NCBI RefSeq assembly: GCF_000619845.1
Contig: NZ_JHUX01000004.1
Span: 295,190 to 327,189 of the forward strand
Direction of reading: 5' to 3'
Source: Alkanindiges illinoisensis DSM 15370
Lineage (GTDB): Bacteria > Pseudomonadota > Gammaproteobacteria > Pseudomonadales > Moraxellaceae
Length of the DNA: 32,000 nt
This document shows, piece by piece, positions 17,753 through 24,907 of this stretch. A program made the translations under genes and the position numbers. Within the stretch, counting starts at the first letter, position 1; every line of letters starts with the position of its first letter. Under the pieces are notes generated by a model. It was not told the origin of the DNA and made no database searches. It was given only the letters and a program-made list of their open reading frames with translations.

Positions 17753-18448
17753 ATGAACAACTATATTCATAAAAGCGAAAATCGTGGTCATATCAAAGCA
17801 GGCTGGCTGGACACCAAGCACAGCTTTTCCTTTGGCAGTTGGCAAGATCCACGTTATATGGGCGTGTCTGCCCTGCGCGTCATCAATGAGGATATTATTG
17901 CCGCCAATCAGGGTTTTGGCCGCCACGGGCATGACAACATGGAAATCCTGACTTATGTATTGTCTGGTCGCTTAAGCCATCAGGACAGCATGGGTAATAT
18001 TGAGCATATTCCTGCTGGTGAATGGCAACTGATGAGCGCCGGAACAGGCGTACAGCACAGTGAAATGAACGCCACTGACCAGCCGGTGCATTTGCTGCAA
18101 ATCTGGCTATATCCCAATGTGCGCAATGCTGAGCCAACTTACCAGCAGGTGAAACTTGATCCAAGGGATCAGCCCAACCAGTGGCATCATATTGTATCGC
18201 CAACGCAGGATACACCGCTGTTTATCCGTCAGGACGCTGTCATTTCAGCAGCTTATCTGCATGAAGGCAAAACCTTGGCGCTGGCACCGCAAAAAGCCCT
18301 CAATTACCTGCATGTGATTGAAGGCAAGGTTCGGGTAAATGACAGTGTGGTGCAAACTGGTGATGCGATTGTGTTTGAAGGCAATGCCGAAATTATTGCC
18401 GATACTGATGCGCATTTATTGTGGTTTGATTTGCCCGCAAAGGCTTAA
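17753..18448 (+). CDS. yhhW: Pirin family protein (YhhW-type quercetin 2,3-dioxygenase)
   Basis: RGHIKAGWLDTKHSFSFG, ALRVINEDII, GFGRHGHDNMEILTYVLSG, HQDSMGN, MSAGTGVQHSE. It appears collinear with E. coli YhhW as I recall it. CAGGAG RBS. Confidence 0.9.
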   Translation: MNNYIHKSENRGHIKAGWLDTKHSFSFGSWQDPRYMGVSALRVINEDIIAANQGFGRHGHDNMEILTYVLSGRLSHQDSMGNIEHIPAGEWQLMSAGTGVQHSEMNATDQPVHLLQIWLYPNVRNAEPTYQQVKLDPRDQPNQWHHIVSPTQDTPLFIRQDAVISAAYLHEGKTLALAPQKALNYLHVIEGKVRVNDSVVQTGDAIVFEGNAEIIADTDAHLLWFDLPAKA

Positions 18449-18458
18449 TGCTCTAAAT

Positions 18459-18488
18459 AAAATCCCTGTCAAATGCGGCAGGGATTTT
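18459..18488. terminator. Bidirectional terminator between the pirin and DUF1963 genes
   Basis: AAAATCCCTG pairs with CAGGGATTTT around a 10-nt loop. T-runs are present on both strands. Confidence 0.8.
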
Positions 18489-18498
18489 ATAATTCATC

Positions 18499-19332
18499 TC
18501 AACTGCAATCCCAGTTATATAATACTTTTGAGAAATCTTTGTTTTTTAAGTCTTCTGGACGGATAAAGAAGTTGGCCACACCAACATCGCCCCACATAAT
18601 ATCCTTGCTTTGCTCCCCATCCTTATAGTCATAATCACTATCCATCTGAAATAGTAAAACATAGTCCTGAATGTTCTCGTCGTATTGCCGTGGATCAGCC
18701 TGGGTAAAAAACGGATAGCCGCCCAGCTTATGGCCAGTGCTGCCAAAATGGTCATGGTACGTTTCATAAAACTGGTCAGCTTCATCACCGCCATAAGGCT
18801 CACGCTGCATAAAGCGGGCAAATGAAAAGTCACTTAAGGAAACAGGTGCCTGCTTGAGTACCGCTTGCAAACTGTATTGTTTAATGAATGGTGTTAAACG
18901 ATCTTCCTGCTGTGGCAAAAAGCTGAAATCACTGATTAACTGGCTTTCATCGGTAATAATTTCTTCAAAATACAGCACCCGGAAACCGTCTTGATTAAAT
19001 TGCTGGTCAAAGTCAGCACCATACAAGTCATCATCAGCGGCAATATAAAACTGTAAAATGCCTTTATCGGGGAAATTCTCTAGGGTGGGCAATTCAGCAA
19101 AATTGAATTGTGCCAGTAATATCAGTGGCGTGCCTTCGCGATCTACAGGATAAGCCTGATCTTTTGGAAAGTACGGCAAGCCACCAAACTTGCTTTGCCA
19201 TAGACTAAGTTGGGTAGCGGGTTCAGCTTCAATTGCAAGATAAGGCTTTAAGCTGGTTTGAAGGCCTTGTTCTAGTGGTTTTAAAATGTCTGGTAGGTTT
19301 GATAAGTTCATCTTGTTTTCATCACTTTTCAA
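18499..19332 (-). CDS. DUF1963 (YwqG family) domain-containing protein
   Basis: SKFGGLPYFPKDQAYP, LILLAQFNFAELP, GILQFYI, GHKLGGYPFFTQADPR and MWGDVGVANFFI match the YwqG/DUF1963 pattern as I recall it. Confidence 0.8.
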   Translation of the reverse strand: MKSDENKMNLSNLPDILKPLEQGLQTSLKPYLAIEAEPATQLSLWQSKFGGLPYFPKDQAYPVDREGTPLILLAQFNFAELPTLENFPDKGILQFYIAADDDLYGADFDQQFNQDGFRVLYFEEIITDESQLISDFSFLPQQEDRLTPFIKQYSLQAVLKQAPVSLSDFSFARFMQREPYGGDEADQFYETYHDHFGSTGHKLGGYPFFTQADPRQYDENIQDYVLLFQMDSDYDYKDGEQSKDIMWGDVGVANFFIRPEDLKNKDFSKVLYNWDCS

Positions 19333-19410
19333 ATTTAGTTTTTTATATATTTATTTTGAATCTCAGGCAACTGATGCCAGTCATAGCTTGTCGTATCACC
19401 TTTAATTATC

Positions 19411-19442
19411 CAATAAAAATCCCGCCATATCGACGGGATTTT
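19411..19442 (-). terminator. Rho-independent terminator of ahpF
   Basis: ATCCCG (19419-19424) pairs with CGGGAT (19434-19439), extended by A/T pairs. On the minus strand the hairpin is followed by TTTTT. Confidence 0.75.
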
Positions 19443-19472
19443 CACAGCAAATTGCTTTGTGCAGTTACTGCT

Positions 19473-21029
19473 TTAATTACTGCGGATCAAATAATCAAAG
19501 GCACTTAACGCTGCTTTAGCCCCTTCACCGGTTGCAATAATGATTTGCTTGTACGGTGTGGTGGTGGCATCACCGGCGGCAAATACGCCAGGCACTGAGG
19601 TTTCACCGCGCGCATCCACCACAATTTCTCCGCGTGGGGATAACTCAACGCCACTGGTTTTAAGCCAGTCGGTATTAGGCAGCAAACCAATTTGTACAAA
19701 AATACCTTCCAGCTCAACGGTATTGAGTGAGTCGCCAATGCGGTCTTTGTACACCAGACCGGTGACTTTTTGGCCATCACCTAGCACCTCAGTGGTTTGT
19801 GCGCTGGTAATCACCCGCACGTTTGGCAGGCTGGCGAGTTTCTTTTGCAACACCGCATCCGCACGCAGCTTGCCATCAAACTCTAGCAAGGTGACTTCTT
19901 TCACAATACCGGCTAGGTCAATTGCCGCTTCCACGCCAGAATTACCACCGCCAATGACGGCTACACGCTTGCCTTTAAACAGCGGGCCATCACAGTGTGG
20001 GCAAAATGCCACGCCTTTGGTTTTGTATTGTTCCTCACCTGGCACATTCATTTCACGCCAGCGCGCACCAGTCGACAAAATTACGGTACGGCTTTTTAAG
20101 GTAGCGCCATTTTCCAGCTCAATTTCAATCAAGTCGTCCAGATTACCGGTTTTAAGCTGTTTGGCACGTTGCAGATTCATGATATCCACATCATAAGCAC
20201 GCACGTGTTGTTCCAGGGCTGCCGCCAGTTTTGGTCCTTCGGTTTCTGTTACGGAAATAAAGTTTTCAATGGCCAGCGTATCCAGCACCTGTCCGCCAAA
20301 GCGCTCTGCCACCACGCCAGTATTGATGCCCTTGCGTGCGGCATACACCGCAGCGGCTGCACCTGCCGGGCCACCACCGACTACCAGCACGTCAAACACG
20401 TCTTTGGCATTGATTTTTTCAGCATCACGCGCGCCACTGTTGGCATCCAGCTTGGTCACAATTTCTTCCAGCGTCATGCGACCCTGACCAAACTGTTCAC
20501 TATCTTTAAACACCATCGGCACTGCCAGAATCTGGCGCTGTTCTACTTCCTGCTGAAAAAACGCGCCATCAATCATGGTGGCTTGTGTGCCGGGATTATA
20601 AATGGCAATCAGGTTCAGCGCCTGTACCACATCAGGACAGTTATGGCAGCTTAAAGAAACAAACACTTCCAGATTTGATTTTAAATTCAAACTTTTAATC
20701 TGGTTCAGTAATTCATCAGAAATTTTCGGTGCATAGCCACTCACCTGCAATAGCGCCAGAATTAACGAAGTAAACTCATGGCCCATGGGCAGGCCAGCAA
20801 AATGTACTCTTGGCTGCTCACCGGTTTTTGCAATACCAAAGCTGGGACGACGGCTGTTTGTGCCATCAAAACGTGCAGTGACCTGATCTGACAGGCTGGC
20901 AACCTCGGTCACAAACTCACGAATCTTGCCTGCTTTATCTGACTCATCCAGTGAGGCCACGATTTCAATGGGGGCTTCCAGACGCTGTAAATAGGTGGCC
21001 AGTTGGTCTTTAATGGCTTGTTCTAACAT
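19473..21029 (-). CDS. ahpF: Alkyl hydroperoxide reductase subunit F
   Basis: N-terminal thioredoxin-like CHNCPD, redox-active CPHCDG, and two GxGxxG/A folds ([28 protein letters not shown]). Collinear with E. coli AhpF. Confidence 0.95.
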   Translation of the reverse strand: MLEQAIKDQLATYLQRLEAPIEIVASLDESDKAGKIREFVTEVASLSDQVTARFDGTNSRRPSFGIAKTGEQPRVHFAGLPMGHEFTSLILALLQVSGYAPKISDELLNQIKSLNLKSNLEVFVSLSCHNCPDVVQALNLIAIYNPGTQATMIDGAFFQQEVEQRQILAVPMVFKDSEQFGQGRMTLEEIVTKLDANSGARDAEKINAKDVFDVLVVGGGPAGAAAAVYAARKGINTGVVAERFGGQVLDTLAIENFISVTETEGPKLAAALEQHVRAYDVDIMNLQRAKQLKTGNLDDLIEIELENGATLKSRTVILSTGARWREMNVPGEEQYKTKGVAFCPHCDGPLFKGKRVAVIGGGNSGVEAAIDLAGIVKEVTLLEFDGKLRADAVLQKKLASLPNVRVITSAQTTEVLGDGQKVTGLVYKDRIGDSLNTVELEGIFVQIGLLPNTDWLKTSGVELSPRGEIVVDARGETSVPGVFAAGDATTTPYKQIIIATGEGAKAALSAFDYLIRSN

Positions 21030-21105
21030 CTATCAATCTCCAAAGTTGCAGTTAATTCTTCAATAGGGTTATCTTAGACCAGCTTTCATGATTGGTAAAA
21101 CAGAA

Positions 21106-21156
21106 TAATTTTATAAAATTAATCGAATTTCTAGATGAATTAATTTTATAAAATGT
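21106..21156. promoter_or_regulatory. Duplicated AT palindrome upstream of ahpF: TAATTTTATAAAATTA (perfect 16-mer, 21106-21121) and TAATTTTATAAAAT (21141-21154)
   Basis: Read directly. The two copies also form an approximately 18-bp direct repeat (GAAT-AATTTTATAAAAT) with a 35-bp period, 77-125 bp upstream of the ahpF ATG. A regulatory role is inference. Confidence 0.35.
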
Positions 21157-21276
21157 TTACTGGCAGAGCACTCCCATAGAGGGATGTATAAGCACAGCAA
21201 TCTATCTTCAAGTACTTGCTACAAAACAGGCTTAAAAAACCACCTAAAATTTTTATTAAATCAAAATGCCTAAAAA

Positions 21277-21318
21277 CAAAAATCCGCCTTGTTGGTAACC
21301 CATGCAAGGCGGATTTTT
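21277..21318 (-). terminator. Rho-independent terminator or attenuator downstream of ahpC
   Basis: ATCCGCCTTG (21282-21291) pairs with CAAGGCGGAT (21305-21314) around a 13-nt loop. On the minus strand it is followed by TTTTTGTTTTT. Confidence 0.75.
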
Positions 21319-21374
21319 ATTTCAAGCTATGCCATCAACTGATCACAATGTATGGATCAATTGATTAAGCCAGC

Positions 21375-21938
21375 TTAGATCTTACCAACCAGATCAATGG
21401 AAGGTGCCAGTGTTTCATCACCTTCTTTCCACTTGGCTGGGCATACTTCACCAGGATGCGCATGCACGTACTGGGCAGCTTTTACCTTGCGCAGCAGTTC
21501 CTGAGCATCACGGCCAATACCACCGGCAGTGATTTCAACGATCTGAATCTTGCCATCCGGGTCAACCACGAATGTACCACGATCAGCCAGACCATCAGTT
21601 TCAATCAGTACGTCAAAGTTGCGGGCCAATGTCCAGGTTGGGTCGCCAATCATTGGGTATTGCAGCTTGCCAATCACGTCAGAGGTATCGTGCCAGGCTT
21701 TGTGGGTAAAGTGGGTGTCAGTAGAAACAGAATAGATTTCTACACCCAGTTTCTTGAATTCTTCGTAGTTGTCGGCCAGATCACCCAGCTCGGTTGGGCA
21801 TACAAAGGTAAAGTCCGCTGGATAGAAAAATACAACAGACCATTTGCCTTTCAGGTCAGCTTCGGATACATCAACAAAGTTGCCGTTATGGTAAGCAGTC
21901 GCTTTAAATGGTTTTACTTCGGTATTAATCAAGCTCAT
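21375..21938 (-). CDS. ahpC: Peroxiredoxin, alkyl hydroperoxide reductase subunit C
   Basis: [12 protein letters not shown]..., peroxidatic FTFVCPTEL and resolving EVCPAKW. Near-identical in layout to E. coli AhpC. Confidence 0.97.
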   Translation of the reverse strand: MSLINTEVKPFKATAYHNGNFVDVSEADLKGKWSVVFFYPADFTFVCPTELGDLADNYEEFKKLGVEIYSVSTDTHFTHKAWHDTSDVIGKLQYPMIGDPTWTLARNFDVLIETDGLADRGTFVVDPDGKIQIVEITAGGIGRDAQELLRKVKAAQYVHAHPGEVCPAKWKEGDETLAPSIDLVGKI

Positions 21939-22196
21939 TAATCGTGCTCCCTAAGTTTCAATGTATGGTAAGAGTGGATGCAGGGCTAAGAGTAAGCCCA
22001 GTTTTACAATTGTTCAAACAGTAATTATTTTTTGAATTAATCGCTTTTTCCGATTAAATTTTATTTTTTAGGTTATTCCTATTTTATAATCTAGCTTAAT
22101 TAATTGAATCATAATCATTTTTTAAAATTATTAGTTTTTATAAAGGCTGAAATACATTTAACTATTTGCAACCCTTTGAAATAAATTACATTTCTA

Positions 22197-22532
22197 TTAA
22201 AAAAGATACAAACTGAAATAAATCGAAGTTCCGATCAAGCACAGCATGGGTAAATGGCGATAACCGTATAGCATATACTGTCCTAACCGACTGGTTACCA
22301 GAGTTAAGCCAGTATGCAGGGTTTTTAGCGCACCATAAAAGGCCAGAATAAAAGCCACTGTGGTAAAGCTAAGCGCATAAAAATACACCACAATCTGGTC
22401 AGCCATATGGAACTGCTGAATAAAGTCATGCCCCAGATTTATCAGTGGTAACAACAGTAAAGTCAGCAAGGAATTTTTTAATACCTGCCAATGCAACTGC
22501 TCCAGTTGATCATCAAGCCAGAAAATTTTCAT
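22197..22532 (-). CDS. Hypothetical small membrane protein (about 3 predicted TM helices)
   Basis: A 111-codon ORF with hydrophobic stretches LLTLLLLPLINL, IVVYFYALSFTTVAFILAFYGAL and LPMLCLIGTSIYFSLYLF. I recognise no family. It sits in visibly AT-rich surroundings. Confidence 0.55.
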   Translation of the reverse strand: MKIFWLDDQLEQLHWQVLKNSLLTLLLLPLINLGHDFIQQFHMADQIVVYFYALSFTTVAFILAFYGALKTLHTGLTLVTSRLGQYMLYGYRHLPMLCLIGTSIYFSLYLF

Positions 22533-22641
22533 GCCTACTTTCCTTAAATAATTTAGCTTTTGTTGTAGGGCTATTATTCCGTAAGCAGTAATCTAAGCCT
22601 ATTGTTTTGATTTAGTTTTTGGCTTTTATTTTGTGACTATC

Positions 22642-22728
22642 ATGGCTAAGAAACTGGGTGCTTTTAAGAACTTAGACAAATTCAAGAATTCAGGCAGCTT
22701 TAAAAACAAGAATGATTCCGGCTTTTAG
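22642..22728 (+). CDS. Candidate 28-aa micro-ORF MAKKLGAFKNLDKFKNSGSFKNKNDSGF (lysine-rich, FKN hexad repeats)
   Basis: ATG...TAG, followed 17 nt later by a strong hairpin terminator. The three FKN units are TTT AAG AAC, TTC AAG AAT and TTT AAA AAC, so they differ only at synonymous third positions. No convincing SD, which is why confidence is low. Confidence 0.25.
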   Translation: MAKKLGAFKNLDKFKNSGSFKNKNDSGF

Positions 22729-22744
22729 TTGCATTTTGGCTAAT

Positions 22745-22775
22745 AAAAAAGCTGCTTGAGGTCAGCAGCTTTTTT
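22745..22775. terminator. Bidirectional rho-independent terminator (downstream of gspG, and of the micro-ORF on the other strand)
   Basis: AGCTGCT (22750-22756) pairs with AGCAGCT (22764-22770) around a 7-nt loop, flanked by A6 and T5. Confidence 0.8.
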
Positions 22776-22827
22776 AGTCAAACAAGAAATCATTAAATGC
22801 GCTTTTTAGGCTTGTTTTTCAAAGCAT

Positions 22828-23283
22828 TTACTTTTCAAAATACAGGTCCGCATCGTTGCCTTCACCACCTTCTTTGCCATCGGCACCAAAGGAGTACAGG
22901 TCATACGGACGGCCACTGGAACCTGGTGAAACATATTGCAGGTCGTTGTCCCAGCTGTCTTTTGGCGTGCCACCTTTTAAATAACCACCTGCCATCCAGT
23001 TTTTGGCCCCGGCAGGCTGATTAATTAGTGCGTCCAGTCCTTCCTGCGTGGTGGGATACTTATTGTTATCCAGCTTGTACTGATCCAGCGCACTGGCAAC
23101 GTTAGCCAGTGTAATCTTGCTAGTATCCACTTTGGCTTTTTCACCACGGCCCATGACGTTAGGCACGATCAGCGCAGCCAGAATACCCAAAATCACCACC
23201 ACCACCATTACTTCAATCAAGGTAAAACCTTGCTGGGCACTACGCTGCATGGCATCACGGCCTTTAGTTATCGATTTTTTCAT
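22828..23283 (-). CDS. gspG: Type II secretion system major pseudopilin GspG
   Basis: Prepilin leader and cleavage motif QQGFTLIEVMVVVVILGILAALIVP, then GspG-type KITLANVASALDQYKLDNNKYPTTQEGLDALI and DPWGNPY-like DSWDNDLQY. An alternative start at Met12 (23250) is possible. Confidence 0.92.
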   Translation of the reverse strand: MKKSITKGRDAMQRSAQQGFTLIEVMVVVVILGILAALIVPNVMGRGEKAKVDTSKITLANVASALDQYKLDNNKYPTTQEGLDALINQPAGAKNWMAGGYLKGGTPKDSWDNDLQYVSPGSSGRPYDLYSFGADGKEGGEGNDADLYFEK

Positions 23284-23419
23284 TACTCTGTTTTTCCAAA
23301 ATACAAGGGTTCAAGATACGCTTGTTGCAAAATAGAACCATGTTGAGCTTGGCTGATTGTAGCCTAAATTCTGGCAGATACCATGACCTGCTATTCGAAC
23401 CATACAATCTTTAACAGCA

Positions 23420-24628
23420 TCAAACCAGATTATTCATATTCACAATCGGCAGCATCACGGCCATCACAATGGTCAGCACAATACCGGCCATAAAAATCAA
23501 CATCAAAGGTTCCAGCAAAGCCAGTAACGTACTAATCAGCGTGGTGACTTCACGATCCTGCATATTAGCTGCACGCGCCAGCATATTATCCAGCTCGCCA
23601 GAAGCCTCGCCGCTACGAATCATTTGCACCATCATCGGTGGAAAATAACCGCTACGTTCCAGCTGGGTGGCCAATGCGCCGCCTTCGGTCACCTTAACTG
23701 CTGCCTGTTGTACGGCATCGCGGATCAGCCAGTTGCTTGATACCGCAGCCCCAATGTGCAGGGCTTCTACCAGTGGCACGCCCGACTGGGTAAGGATTGA
23801 CAGGGTACTGGCAAAACGGGCGGAATTAATGCCTTTGCTTAACTTGGCAAATAATGGCAAGCGCAAGGTCAGGCGATCCAGCGCATAGCGACCCGGTTCT
23901 GTCCGCACAAATCGTACCAGCACCACCACAAACGCAATGGTTCCCACCAGCAAAAATGGCCAGGCCGCACGGATAAAATCACTCATGGCCATGAGCGCGC
24001 GGGTAATAAATGGCAGCGCCTGTTTGGTATTGGCAAACACCTTGACAATATCCGGCACCACATACGTCATCAGGCCCATCACAATGGCAAACGACATCAA
24101 CATCAGCAGTACCGGATAAATCATGGCACCCTGAATTTTCTTTTGCATGGCAAAGCGGTTTTCGGTGTAGTCCGCCAACTGGTTTAAAATCAAGTCCAGA
24201 TGGCCTGATTTTTCACCCGCTGCAATGGTGGCAATATACAATGGCGGAAACTTGCCTGCCTGCCGGAAACCCTGTGCCAGTGAATGCCCTTCCATCACCT
24301 TGGCGCGCACCGACAACAGCAGGCTTTGCACATGGCGTTTTTCAGTTTGCCGTGCTACCGAGCGCAAGGTTTCTTCCAGTGGAATACCAGCTGCAATCAA
24401 TACGCTGAGCTGGCGGGTCACCAGTGCCAGATCATAGGCGCTTAGGCCCTTTTGAAAAAAATGCTTGCCGCCTTCGCTGGTTTTGCTTTCCTCAAGCGGC
24501 TCTACCAGTACCGGCATCCAGCTTTTATCACGCAGCTGCTGGCGAATCTGGCGGGCAGAATCACCTTCCAGCACACCTTTATGTTGCTTCCCTATACTGT
24601 CTACAGCAGTAAACTGATATGCAGGCAT
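23420..24628 (-). CDS. gspF: Type II secretion system inner-membrane platform protein GspF
   Basis: About 400 aa with the duplicated T2SSF-domain layout and three TM segments. The GspF/PulF-type N-terminus is MPAYQFTAVDSIGKQHKGVLEGDSARQIRQQLR. Confidence 0.93.
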   Translation of the reverse strand: MPAYQFTAVDSIGKQHKGVLEGDSARQIRQQLRDKSWMPVLVEPLEESKTSEGGKHFFQKGLSAYDLALVTRQLSVLIAAGIPLEETLRSVARQTEKRHVQSLLLSVRAKVMEGHSLAQGFRQAGKFPPLYIATIAAGEKSGHLDLILNQLADYTENRFAMQKKIQGAMIYPVLLMLMSFAIVMGLMTYVVPDIVKVFANTKQALPFITRALMAMSDFIRAAWPFLLVGTIAFVVVLVRFVRTEPGRYALDRLTLRLPLFAKLSKGINSARFASTLSILTQSGVPLVEALHIGAAVSSNWLIRDAVQQAAVKVTEGGALATQLERSGYFPPMMVQMIRSGEASGELDNMLARAANMQDREVTTLISTLLALLEPLMLIFMAGIVLTIVMAVMLPIVNMNNLV

Positions 24629-24907
24629 TTGCGGTTATTGCTCAAATCAATCCAGAATGATGGGAGGGATTATGGTGGCTTTATAAGCAAATAGAAAGAC
24701 ATTGCCAGCCATAAAATTATTTTTCTTAAGCACTAGTCTATGGCTTTTTCTATCAATTGGGCTGTGCCTGTTGATTTTGCTAGCGCTATGTCAAATTATC
24801 CGGATTCACGCACATTTTACCAGCCCAACCTGCTATCCATTTAGCTGGAAAACTGCTTTTCCCACGACTGCAATTCAGCATAAAATGCCCTGAACTGGAG
24901 TAGCTTA

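Noticed and set aside
19540-20196. Long antisense ORFs inside well-supported genes (for example 19540-20196 and 20169-20654 in ahpF, 8813-9268 and 9883-10317 in ETF-QO, 13422-13907 and 13733-14116 in corC, 21456-21941 in ahpC, 25790-26077 and 26428-26841 in priA)
   Set aside because: Each lies entirely opposite a gene with strong family motifs. Their translations are Arg/Ser/Pro/Cys-rich low-complexity strings typical of antisense frames, and none has an RBS or its own intergenic context.
21030-21374. Idea that the long ahpC-ahpF spacer hides a small mobile element or MITE
   Set aside because: There are no terminal inverted repeats, no target-site duplication and no repeats matching anything else in the window. 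A long spacer with a hairpin is also normal for ahpCF loci.
22106-22121. Fur-box-like GAATCATAATCATTTT (13/15 to AATGATAATCATTAT) upstream of ahpC
   Set aside because: The surrounding DNA is extremely AT-rich, so partial Fur-like matches are expected by chance. The outer consensus positions do not match, and the site is about 170 bp from the ahpC start. It is too weak to report as a site.
23393-23401. GGTTCGAAT (minus strand), resembling a tRNA T-psi-C loop, just downstream of gspF
   Set aside because: The flanking 5-mers (TATGG / AGCAG) cannot pair to form a T-arm, and the upstream sequence is the gspF coding end. No cloverleaf can be drawn.
24702-24893. 63-aa hydrophobic ORF (TTG start) in the gspF-priA divergent region
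   Set aside because: It has a non-ATG start, no SD, and a Cys/Pro/Thr-rich tail. It occupies what is most simply the divergent promoter region, and nothing in the sequence specifically supports coding.
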